Source: Macrostomum lignano (lineage: Eukaryota). Taken from it: a stretch of DNA of 64,000 bases. A program made the translations under genes and the position numbers. A model generated the notes under the pieces. That model saw only the letters and a program-made list of their open reading frames with translations. It was not told the origin of the DNA and made no database searches. Positions 13,701 through 24,269 of the stretch are shown piece after piece; position 1 is the stretch's first letter; every line of letters starts with the position of its first letter. The stretch is from assembly GCA_002269645.1 (NCBI GenBank), contig NIVC01000082.1, positions 372,001 to 436,000 of the forward strand, written 5' to 3'.

Positions 13701-16368
13701 CCATACCCTACCCAAAATTTACCCACAAACTCTACTCCATACTCTACCCAATGCTCCATCCCAAACTCTACCCTAAACTCTACCCTAAACTCTACCCCAA
13801 ACCTACCCAGAAACTCTACTCCCTACCCTACCCAAAATCTACCCACAGAATCTATTCCATACCCTACCCAAAATCTACCTACAAACTCTACTCCATACCC
13901 TACCCAAAATCTACCCACAGACTCTACTCCATACCCTACCCAAAATCTACCCACAAACTCTACTCCATACCCTACCCAAAATCTACCCACAGACTCTACT
14001 CCATACCCTACCCAAAATCTACCCACAAACTCTACTCCACACCCTACCCAAACCTACCCAGAAACTCTACTCCATACCCTACCCAAAATCTACCCACAAA
14101 CTCTACTCCACACCCTACCCAAAATCTACCCACAGACTCTACTCCATACCCTACCCAAAATCTACCCACAGACTCTACTCCATACCCTACCCAAAATCTA
14201 CCCACAAACTCTACTACATACCCTACCCAAAATCTACCCACAGACTCTACTCCATACCCTACCCAAAATCTACCCACAAACTCTACTCCACACCCTACCC
14301 AAACCTACCCAGAAACTCTACTCCATACCCTACCCAAAATCTACCCACAAACTCTACTCCACACCCTACCCAAAATCTACCCACAGACTCTACTCCATAC
14401 CCTACCCAAAATCTACCCACAGACTCTACTCCATACCCTACCCAAAATCTACCCACAAACTCTACTCCATACCCTACCCAAAATCTACCCACAAACTCTA
14501 CTCCATACCCTACCCAAAATCTACCCACAAACTCTACTCCACACCCTACCCAAACCTACCCAGAAACTCTACTCCATACCCTACCCAAAATCTACCCACA
14601 AACTCTACTCCATACCCTACCCAAAATCTACCCACAGACTCTACTCCATACTCTATACAATGCTCCACCCTAAACTCTACCCCATACTCTACCCATAACT
14701 CCAACTCATACTCTACCCCAAGCTCAACCCCAAACTTTAACCCATACTAATACCCTAAACTCTACCCAAAACTCTACCCTACACTCTACCCCATCCTCAA
14801 CTTCACACTCCACCCACACTCTACCCCAAAGCCTACCCCAAACTCCAAGCCAAACTCTACCCCCTAATGCCGCAGGCGCACGACGGTCAGCTGAGCTGTC
14901 ACCAGCTGGTTGGGATGCTCCGCGGAGTCTGCAGCGGCATGCGCTACCTCAGCGATCTGGGCTACATCCACCGCGACTTGGCCGCCCGCAACATCCTGGT
15001 TAGCCAGCAGCTCGTCTGCAAAGTCGCCGATTTCGGCTTGTCCCGCGAAGTTGTCGACAACCTTGGCGGCAACGGCGTCGGCGGTGGCACCGGCGTTGGC
15101 GGCGACGGTCTGGGAGGCACGTACACAACTAGGGGCGGCAAGATCCCAATCAGGTGGACAGCTCCAGAGGCCATCCATTTTCGAAAGTTCACCTCGGCGA
15201 CCGACGTCTGGAGCTTCGGCATCGTCATGTGGGAGGTGATGTCGTTCGGCGAGAGGCCGTATTGGAATTGGACTAATCAGGATGTGATCGCGGCGGTTGA
15301 GAACGGCTACCGGCTGCCACCGCCCATGGACTGCCCGGAATCTGTGCACCTGCTCATGCTGGACTGTTGGAAATGGGATCGAACTGAGAGGCCGAAATTT
15401 CCCGCTCTGGTTCGAGCGCTGGATCGGTTGCTGCATCAGCCTGAACTGCTTACCTGTCAGAGGGCCAGGTGAGTGGTATCATCCGGTTTTTTAATTTTTC
15501 AATATTGCGGTGTATTTGTAAACGAGGGATAATAATAGGGGATATGGGGTGGGGCTGAATGTACTTGGATAAGGGGGCAGAGAGGGCGGAGGTGGGGTGG
15601 TTGTAGGGTTTAGTGTACTTAGATAAGAGGGACAGAGAGAGGCTGGCGGAGGTGGGGTGGGTGTAGGGTTCAGTGTACTTAGATAAGAGGGACAGAGAGA
15701 GGCTGGCGGAGGTGGGGTGGGTGTAGGGTTCAGTGTACTTAGATAAGAGGGACAGAGAGAGACTGACGGAGGTGGGGTGGGTGTAGGGTTCAGTGTACTT
15801 AGATAAGAGGGACAGAGAGAGGCTGGCGGAGGTGGGGTGGTTGTAGGGTTTAGTGTACTTAGATAAGAGGGACAGAGAGAGGCTGGCGGAGGTGGGGTGG
15901 GTGTAGGGTTCAGTGTACTTAGATAAGAGGGACAGAGAGAGGCTGGCGGAGGTGGGGTGGGTGTAGGGTTCAGTGTACTTAGATAAGAGGGACAGAGAGA
16001 GACTGACGGAGGTGGGGTGGGTGCTGAACGTACTCAGTTGGCGACTGGGGGCTGCAGGAATATTCCAGCCAGCCACCCCAACCTCCAACCGCAGGCCGAT
16101 CTACGAGCCGCCCACTCAGTCAATACCCGGCCGGCGTTACGCCAGCCTGCGCCAGTGGCTCACCAATCTGCGCTTGGAGCGTTACGCCGATGCGTTTTAT
16201 CAGTACGGCGTGCACTCTATGGAGCTGGTGCCTCGGCTGACCTCGACTGACCTCGCCGCGATGGGCATCTCGTCTGCCGCACATCAGAAACGACTGCTGG
16301 GCGCCATTGAGAAATTGCAGTTGCACGTGTACGAAGCGACACCGTATTCTGATGGCTACCTGGTTTAG
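1763..16368 (+). CDS. Eph: Eph receptor tyrosine kinase, 5'-partial (FN3 x2, TM, juxtamembrane, kinase, SAM, PDZ-binding tail)
   Basis: Exons 1763-2074, 2645-2862, 4931-5006, 6700-6874, 8887-8984, (optional 9117-9152), 10563-10951, 14876-15468, 16038-16368; all AG/GT with consistent phases. Motifs: two FN3 domains, [24 protein letters not shown], juxtamembrane [46 protein letters not shown] domain, C-terminal YLV*. Ligand-binding and Cys-rich exons are not in the window. Confidence 0.96.
2085..2572. repeat. About 20-bp purine-rich minisatellite in an Eph intron
   Basis: Unit GGGAGAGAGGGTAGAGACT/CCG, starting about 10 nt after the donor at 2075. Confidence 0.92.
2940..3640. repeat. 24-bp minisatellite containing TTCCTAGAA (GAS/STAT-type motif)
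   Basis: Core unit TTTCCTAGAAAATCGCCTTTCAGC, 13 regular units at 3325-3630 plus degenerate flank. Confidence 0.92.
4210..4850. repeat. 20-bp purine-rich minisatellite, same family as 2085-2572
   Basis: Unit GGGAGAGTGGGTAGAGACTA. Confidence 0.92.
5587..6235. repeat. 26-bp pyrimidine-rich minisatellite
   Basis: Unit CCATACCCTCCTTCTCCCCTCTCCTT. Confidence 0.93.
6880..7330. repeat. 24-bp minisatellite abutting the Eph TM-exon donor
   Basis: Unit CTACCCAACTGTCTACCAATCTGC. Confidence 0.92.
7900..8760. repeat. CT-rich compound minisatellite
   Basis: Recurrent CTCTTCTCTACCCCTCTC and CTCATCTCTCACT units. Confidence 0.9.
9117..9152 (+). CDS. Candidate 36-nt in-frame cassette exon of Eph ([12 protein letters not shown])
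   Basis: Acceptor ctgttcgcttctgcag, donor A|gtaagt, phase 1 to phase 1, length 36, no stop. Confidence 0.6.
9355..9660. repeat. 21-bp G-rich minisatellite
   Basis: Unit GTAGATTGGAGTGAGGTGGGT. Confidence 0.9.
9995..10540. repeat. (ATCT)n/ATCTACCC microsatellite directly upstream of the Eph kinase exon
   Basis: Direct tandem; ends about 20 nt before the acceptor at 10562. Confidence 0.93.
10995..11580. repeat. 24-bp minisatellite
   Basis: Unit CTAGAATGAGAGTCAGTTATGGTG with a CAGATGGGGCG variant. Confidence 0.94.
12110..12762. repeat. 16-bp minisatellite
   Basis: Unit CTCGAGCTTGTGAAAT, about 40 units. Confidence 0.95.
13220..14865. repeat. About 34-bp C-rich compound minisatellite, running up to the Eph exon acceptor
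   Basis: Unit ACTCTACTCCATACCCTACCCAAAATCTACCCACAA/G; block duplications about 240 bp apart. Confidence 0.94.
15545..16030. repeat. 60-bp G-rich minisatellite in the last Eph intron
   Basis: Unit GTGTAGGGTTCAGTGTACTTAGATAAGAGGGACAGAGAGAGGCTGGCGGAGGTGGGGTGG, about 8 units. Confidence 0.94.
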
Positions 16369-16629
16369 TCTCTGAATCAACGGATTAATAAAAGGATTAA
16401 AGATGCATCCATATATCACAATCAGCTTGGCGCGCGCTTTCAACTGAAGCAAATTGCTTGTTAACCTTAATAATCGCTAGTGTTTAATGTTTTGTGCGAG
16501 TGTTTTTTACCTGTCTTTTATACTTTTGTAAGCAATTTAGTTCTGGCTATCTGATCTTGCGGGCCCAGTGTGCAATCATATTGGTAATTTCTTCCTATAC
16601 TTGTGCGTGTGGATTGTACTTTGCTTTGG

Positions 16630-17545
16630 AGTTGAAGGTGGCGCCAATTATTCGAATTTGAATTTGGCGCCAATTATTCGAATTTGAATTTGGAGCCAAT
16701 TATTTGAATTTGAAGGTGGCGTCAACGATTTCAATTTGAAGGTGGCGCCAACTATTTGAATTTGAAGGTGGCGCCAATTATTCGAATTTGAAGGTGGCGC
16801 CAACTATTTGAATTTGAAGGTGGCGCCAATTATGCAAATTTGAAGGTGGCACCAATTATTCGTATTTGAAGGTGGCGCCAATTGTTTGAATTTGAAGGTG
16901 GCGCCAATTATTCGAATTTGAAGATGGCGCCAATTATGCAAATTTGATGGTGGCGCCAATTATTCGAATTTGAATTTGGAGCCTATTATTTGAATTTTAA
17001 GGTGGCGCCAATTATGCAAATTTGAAGGTGGCGCCAATTATGCAAATTTGAAGGTGGCGCCAACTATTTGAATTTTAAGATGGCGCCAATTATGCAAATT
17101 TGAAGGTGGCGCCAATTATGCAAATTTGATGGTGGCGCCAATTATTCGAATTTGAATTTGGAGCCAATTGTTTGAATTTTAAGGTGGCGCCAATTATGCG
17201 AATTTGAAGGTGGCGCCAACTATTTGAATTTGAAGGTGGCGCCAATTATGCAAATTTGAAGGTGGCGCCAATTATTCGTATTTGAAGGTGGCGCCAATTG
17301 TTTGAATTTGAAGGTGGCGCCAATTATTCGAATTTGAAGATGGCGCCAATTATGCAAATTTGATGGTGGCGCCAATTATTCGAATTTGAATTTGGAGCCC
17401 ATTATTTGAATTTTAAGGTGGCGCCAATTATGCAAATTTGAAGGTGGCGCCAATTATGCAAATTTGAAGGTGGCGCCAACTATTTGAATTTTAAGATGGC
17501 GCCAATTATGCAAATTTGAAGGTGGCGCCAATTGTTTGAACTTAA
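16630..17545. repeat. 26-bp minisatellite with TGGCGCCA palindrome and ATGCAAAT variants
   Basis: Unit GAAGGTGGCGCCAATTATTCGAATTT / ...ATTATGCAAATTT. Confidence 0.94.
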
Positions 17546-18669
17546 AGGTGGCTCACTAAATGCCACAAAATCTCACTTTTCCCATTGGAAAATTTCCCAC
17601 AACCAAGGCACCCTTTATTGTTTAACGATTTCAACACTCTCGTGAGAAAGTAACAAAAGAATTTCAAGCCTGTTTCAAAGTTGTCATGTTTTCGAACAAT
17701 TTTTTGACGCCTAAAATCGTGAGAGAGAAAAAGATGTCTTTGAGGGCTGGTAACTGGCGTCTTCATTACAACACCTCTTGCCGCCTGCTGGGAGAAATTC
17801 TTGTCTATAGGGAATTCGAACGGTCTGTCCTGATGGACAAAGCCGCGAAGGATGTCTTGCGAGGGAGGGCTGGGTTAAAGTTAAAAAAAAATAGGCGCTA
17901 ACGAAAAAGCAGATGTTGACCAGGCCGTCTAGCGTCTGGATTTCAGGAACCCGAGTTGCTAAGGCTGATGGGGGAGGCGAATGTTTTGGTCGCAATCTTT
18001 CCGGTGGACCCTGTTTCCAGTGACTAATCAAGTTGGTCAAAGACCCCCCCCCCAGCCCTTGTATCGGTTCCTCGGTCGGTGTGGGATCCGAGGATTGTTA
18101 TTAAAGAAGTTCGGGACCAGCCATTCTTTCTGTCCCTGTCAGTCCCGAATCCTCTAAACCTGACCTGGTCATCTGGAACTGCTTGCTGGCTGAAAGGTGA
18201 AGAGCGAAAAACGATTCGAACCTTGGGAGACTGACAGCCTCTTTCGGTCACTTCGGTCACTTTCTCACACTGTTTTTTCAACACCAACTGCTTGGAGTTA
18301 GAGAAGATTGTTAAATAGAAATGAATAGTTTCAAGTCAATTTTAAATTTGCAGAAAAGCTATCAGTTTGTTACAGAAATTGTCAACATTTGCTAATCTGG
18401 CTACTTGTAGTAAAAATGCATTGAAAATGACAGAGTTTTTTTGTAAAGAAACAATAATACTTGCTTTGTAAAATGTTTTGCGTGTACCTGATGAATTTTT
18501 GCACTTGACTTTGTTGAGATGAATAAAATTGTTGCTAAGTGTACATATCGTGTGTACCGCACCGATCGATTCTTTTCTAGAGTTACCGGTCCTTCCGAGT
18601 TCCTTTTATTGGAGTTGAGAGCTGGCTGTGTATAAATGGTGAAAAGGTGACCTCAATATAACTACCATT

Positions 18670-18970
18670 AACTTCCCATAATAATCGCCATAAACTTCCC
18701 ATGAGAATCGCCATAAACTTCCCATGAGAATCGCCATAAACTTCCCATAATAATCGCCATAAACTTCCCATAATAATCGCCATAAAATCTCCATAGGAAT
18801 CGCCATAAACTTCCCATAATAATCGCCATAAACTTCCCATAATAATCGCCATAAACTTCCTATAATAATCGCCATAAACTTCCCATAATAATCGCCATAA
18901 ACTTCCCATAAGAATCGCCATAAACTATCCATAAGAATCGCCATAAACTGCCCATTAGAATCGCCATTTT
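18670..18970. repeat. 23-bp minisatellite
   Basis: Unit CCCATAATAATCGCCATAAACTT. Confidence 0.92.
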
Positions 18971-19249
18971 CTGGCTTAAGGTATTCCAAACAGTCTCAAA
19001 AATTCCCAAAATATGTGTTTAAAAGTAATCCCAAGATTAAAAAGCAAACAAACAATCTGTCAAACTACTATTGGTAAGTAGTGTAATTAAAATTATAGCT
19101 CATAGAAGTGCAATATACTAACATTACTGTTGCTTGAACATTCATTCAACTTCAAATTCAGCTTTTTGAAGAAATATGCTTACTTGAACTCCAGACAAAG
19201 TCGCGGAAAGCGTGTTAATCGTTCCCCTTAGCAACTAACTCAAAACGCG

Positions 19250-21640
19250 ATGACGCAACAGTTGACTGGCTCGATTCGTAAATTCGCCAGCTCGGCGCTG
19301 CAGCTTTGCGCCTCGGGTCGGCCGGCTCTGTACAAACTGCAGCAGCAGCAGCAACAGAAGAGAGGAGAAGGAAACGAAGCCGAACTGTCTATGGTCAAAC
19401 TCGGTCTGGGCCAGTCCGGCGTGCGGCAGATTGGCGAAGACGCCATTCTGATTGGCCAAACTGGCGGCGATTGCGATGGTTTGTGATAAGGGGGAATCCG
19501 AATGCTGATGTGGGAAATCCCAGGTTGTACGTGATGGAAATCCCGCATGGATTTTCAAGGGAATCCCAGGCTGTACGTGACGTAGGGAGATCCCAGGTTG
19601 TACGGGACATAGGGGGATCCCGCATTGATTTTAGGAAAATCTCAGTCTGTACGTGACGGAGGGAAATCCTGCAGTGATTCTATGGGTAATCCCAGGCTGT
19701 ATGCAAAGGGCACAGGGAGTCATGATTGCTGAGTCAATTATAGAAAATCGCAAGGTAAATAAAGCTGATTATACCGATGGGGAGAATTCCAATTTGTAGT
19801 CTTGCACACTGAGCGAACCCCTATGATTTCTCAGCTCGTTTCCTCTCCTATCTCGCAGCCGAATTTTCCTATTTCGGCGTCGCGGACGGTGTCGGCGGCT
19901 GGCGCGACCAGGGTATCGATCCTGGCGAAGCGTCGCTCGCCCTCCTCGACGGCTGTCGCTCAGTATTCGACGCTTCGACGTCCTTGAAAGAGCTCCTGAC
20001 GCGAGCGCACGGAGACTTGTTGAACAGCCGTCGCGATTTAATTGGCTCCACAACTGTCTGTCTGGCTCGATATTCGACTGAAACTCGCCGGCTGGATGTG
20101 GCTAATCTGGGCGACAGCGGTCTGTGTGTTATGGACGCGGAGTTTCAGCTGCGAATGCGGACTCAATTTCAGTCCAATATGGGCGGTGTGTTTAATTGCC
20201 CGATGCAGCTGGCCTTTCCCAAGGCGCTGAGTGGGCAGTATCCAAAGTGAGAGCAATTTAATTAGCTGAGGGTTCAAAAAACGATAGCTGGCCGCAGCCA
20301 ATGAGCGTCAAGTTAGGGGTTCGGAATAGAATCAGGAGTGAGGTGGGTGGTGGAAGGTAAGGAAGGATTGCTGCAGCCAATGAGCGTCAAGTTAGGGGTT
20401 CGGAATAGAATCAACAGTGAAGTGGGTGGTGGAAGGTAAGGAAGGATTGCTGCAGCCAATGAACGTCGAGTTAGGGGTTCGGAATAGAGTCGGGAGTGCG
20501 GTGGGTGGTAGCTGCAACCAAAGAGCATCAGTTTCAGCCAATGGGCTTTGAGGAAGGGTAAAAAAGTGAAGTTAGCATCGCCAGCTTAAATTCTTCGCTT
20601 TTGAAATGGTTAATTTTTTATATTTAAAACCCACAATTATTTAGGCCAGGAGAGTGTGAACTCTATTCAATTGTTTTGGAACCCGGCGACGTTGTACTGA
20701 TGGCCACTGACGGTCTGTGGGACAACCTCTACCAGAAAACTATTGAGGAGATTTTTCGACATGCCTTTCAGGTTTGACCTTTTTAGGAATGCAGTAGAGA
20801 GCATCCTTAACTAGCCTAAATAAACCTTGAGGGGACTTCCACTACATTGTCCTTTGACGGCACCAACCCACCTCACTCTCCTTTGATCTGCCGCCGCCGG
20901 CACCCACCCACCTCACTATCATTTGATCTGCCGCCGCCGGCACCCACCCACCTCACTATCATTTGATCTGCCGCCGCCGGCACCCACCCACCTCACTATC
21001 ATTTGATCTGCCGCCGCCGGCACCCACCCACCTCACTATCATTTGATCTGCCGCCGCCGGCACCCACCCACCTCACTATCATTTGATCTGCCGTCGCCGG
21101 CACCCACCCACCTCACTATCATTTGATCTGCCGCCGCCGGCACCCACCCACCTCACTATCATTTGATCTGCCGCCGCCGGCACCCACCCACCTCACTATC
21201 ATTTGATCTGCCGCCGCCGGCACCCACCCACCTCACTATCATTTGATCTGCCGCCGCCGGCACCCACCCCCTCACTATCATTTGATCTCCTGCCGACAAG
21301 CAGTCTTTATTTATTCCGGTTTTGTTTCAACCAACAGGCAAGTCGTATCAAAGTCTCCGAGCCCAAGACTGCAGCGGCTGCTCAACCTACGAAGTCGACA
21401 GTAGACGAGAGTGCTGAAGTTGAAACTGAAGCCAGCCCACCACTGGAGGCGGCTTCTCGAATCCTTGTAGACGCAGCCACTTACCTGTCAGCTGAGCAGA
21501 GCTATTTCTCGCCGTTCTGTCAGAGCGCCAAGGATGCCGGATTAAAGTACGTTGGCGGCAAAGAGGATGACATCTCGGTGGTCTTGGCGCGCCTTTGTCC
21601 CAGCCAAGCTGACGTTTCGACGCCCAAAGCTAAATTGTAG
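19250..21640 (+). CDS. PPTC7: PTC7-family PP2C (PPM) phosphatase, 348 aa
   Basis: Exons 19250-19478, 19859-20246, 20645-20771, 21338-21640 (phases 1,2,0). Motifs GEDA, GVADGVGGW, GSTT, ANLGDSG, FNCPMQL, ATDGLWDN, SPF, GGKEDDISV. Confidence 0.93.
20865..21290. repeat. 40-bp minisatellite in PTC7 intron 3
   Basis: Unit CCGCCGCCGGCACCCACCCACCTCACTATCATTTGATCTG, about 10 near-identical units. Confidence 0.95.
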
Positions 21641-21744
21641 TGCTTCGACATCGAGAGTTGGTCGAGAAATGTTCAATTCGACTGTTATTTTGCAACGCAT
21701 TTAAAACGAATTTTAGCAGCCGTAACTATGGCGATTTCTTATCC

Positions 21745-22275
21745 CATCCGGTGGGATTTCCCTTCCTGTGGGATTTCCATTCCGGTAGGATTTCCCTCCT
21801 AATAGGATTTCCCTCCCGATAGGATTTCCCTCCCGATAGGATTTCCCTCCCGGTAGGATTTCCCATCCAGTAGGGGTTCCCTTCCGGTAGGATTTCCTTT
21901 CCGGTAGGATTTCCCATCTGGTAGGGTTTCCCATCCGGTAGGATTTCCCTTCCGGCAGGATTTCCTTTCTGATAGGACTTCCTTTCTGGTAGGATTTCCC
22001 TTCCGGTAGGATTTCCTTTCTGGTAGGATTTCCCATCCAGTAGGATTTCCCATCCGGTAGGATTTCCCTTCCGGTAGGATTTCCTTTCTGGTAGGATTTC
22101 CCTTCCGGTAGGATTTCCTTTCTGGTAGGATTTCCCATCCGGTAGGATTTCCTTTCTGGTAGGATTTCCCATCCGGTAGGATTTCCTTTCTGGTAGGATT
22201 TCCCATCCGGTAGGATTTCCCATCCGGTAGGATTTCCCATCCGGTAGAATTTCCCATCCGGTAGGATTTCCCTTC
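21745..22275. repeat. 17-bp minisatellite with GGATTTCC core
   Basis: Unit GGTAGGATTTCCCATCC, about 30 units. Confidence 0.93.
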
Positions 22276-22679
22276 AGGTTGGGTTGGGTTAGTTTGGCAG
22301 GAACTCTTAGCTTGATTTCCTCTATCGGGATTCACCTTGATGGAATTTCCTTCGAAAATTCACATTCAATCTCTATTCTCTTGCAAAATCATGTAGTTGC
22401 AATTTCATGAATAATGTTGTAATGTTTAGTGTTTTAAAATTGATAAGCTTTTAAAACATAAGTCATAAAACAGCCTCTCAAAACGATATTTTGTAAACTT
22501 AAAACTATAAACTGTTAAGTGCTTCATTAAAGCAGGGAAGTGAAACCATTGAAATAATTGTTGATTTTCGAGGACAATGGGTTGGCTATCAGTGTCCTGT
22601 CAAATATTGTACATGTACGAATGAGTATACTTTTATAGTGTTGCTTTTACTATTATTTTTTTCATTGCATATTGCAGTC

Positions 22680-22737
22680 AGTGTCTGTCTGTCTGTCTGC
22701 CTGTCTTTCTGTCTGTCTGTCTGTCTGTCTGTCTGAC

Positions 22738-22774
<37 letters not shown>

Positions 22775-22791
22775 TTCTGTCTGTCTGTCTT

Positions 22792-22844
<53 letters not shown>

Positions 22845-23680
22845 GTGTCTGTCTGTGTGTCTTTGTGTCTGTCTGTCTTTCTGTCAACAGAAGCACAGGT
22901 AGACTCAAACCTTAACAATTAACAAAGGACGCACGCCTCACTCACTCACTCACTCACTCACTCATCACTCACTCACTCATCACTCACTCACTCATCACTC
23001 ACTTATCACTCACTCACTCACTCACTCACTCACTCACTCACTCACTCACTCACTCACCACTCACTCATTCACTCACTCACTCACTTACTCACTCACTCAC
23101 TCACTCACTCACTCACTCACCACTCACTCACTCACTCACTCACTCACTCACTCACTCATCACTCACTCACTCACTCACTCACTCACCACTCACTCACTCA
23201 CTCACTCACTCACTCACTCATCACTCACTCACTCACTCACTCACTCACTCACTCACTCACTCATCACTCACTCACTCATCACTCACTCATCACTCACTCA
23301 CTCATCACTCACTCACTTACTCACTCACTCACTCACTCACTCACTCACTCACTTATCACTCACTCACTCACTCACTCACTCACTCACTCACCACTCACTC
23401 ATTCACTCACTCACTCACTTACTCACTCACTCACTCACTCACTCACTCACTCACTCACTCACCACTCACTCACTCACTCACTCACTCACTCACTCACTCA
23501 CTCACTCACTCACTCACTCACTCACTCACTCACTCACTCACTCACTCATCACTCACTCATCACTCACTCACTCACTCACTCACTCATCACTCACTCACTC
23601 ACTCACTCACTCACTCATCACTCACTCACTCACTCACTCACTCACTCATCACTCACTCATTCACTCACCCCCACTCACCG
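22680..23680. repeat. Adjacent (GTCT)n and (ACTC)n microsatellites
   Basis: GTCT at about 22680-22885; ACTC at about 22938-23680. Confidence 0.95.
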
Positions 23681-24269
23681 ATCATGAAATCATAAACCTA
23701 CTTACAGATTTCCAAGCAAATTTCAAAATTGCAAACCTTAATACAATCAGGATATTCTAAATTTTTTTTATGTACAGGGTTTGCGAGCTCATCAACTTTG
23801 TCAGCTCCCTGTCACGTGAGCACCAACCAACCCTTGCGTCTAGCACGTAAAAATGCGTTGTCATACTTTTCGTTTTCATAAGATAAGGATGTGTCATGCA
23901 GCATGCCCGTGCGACACGGTGAATATCTTTTCAAATCTTTTCCTCACCCTTCTGACACGTGATTTTGATAAACTAAACAGGGTAGAAAAAAGTAATGGTG
24001 CGGAAGAATATAAACAAAGTTTTTACCCGTGACAGTTGCACTTTCTTGACCACTTCTTGCACTTCTTTTCCTGTTAGACAGCTTATCGACCGAATTCCCA
24101 AACCCATTAGGTATAATGAATATTTAATGACCCTAGCCAATCCTTTGAAAAATCTTCCATAAATTATTTCCCAATTTATCTTATTTCTTTAATTAAACTG
24201 ACGTATCCAATTATTCAAAACGATTTTTTTGTATATGCTTTCCCACAAACTGCCCAAATAAATACCCAC

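Noticed and set aside
13259-14698. 479-aa ORF and other long low-complexity ORFs (5520-6414, 7818-8894, 9793-10656, 37172-37930, 48121-49338, 53381-54334)
   Set aside because: They are translations of stop-free tandem repeats lying in introns or spacers of well-supported genes.
14864-15436. Antisense and alternate-frame ORFs over Eph, Kelch, PTC7 and MOB4 exons (e.g. 32550-33131, 47536-47913)
   Set aside because: Shadow ORFs expected from GC-rich codon usage; no independent motifs.
23780-24120. Minus-strand peptides (KEVQEVVKKVQLSR, SRVRRVRKRFE) vaguely like a Tc1 HTH
   Set aside because: Too short, no DDE domain or TIRs.
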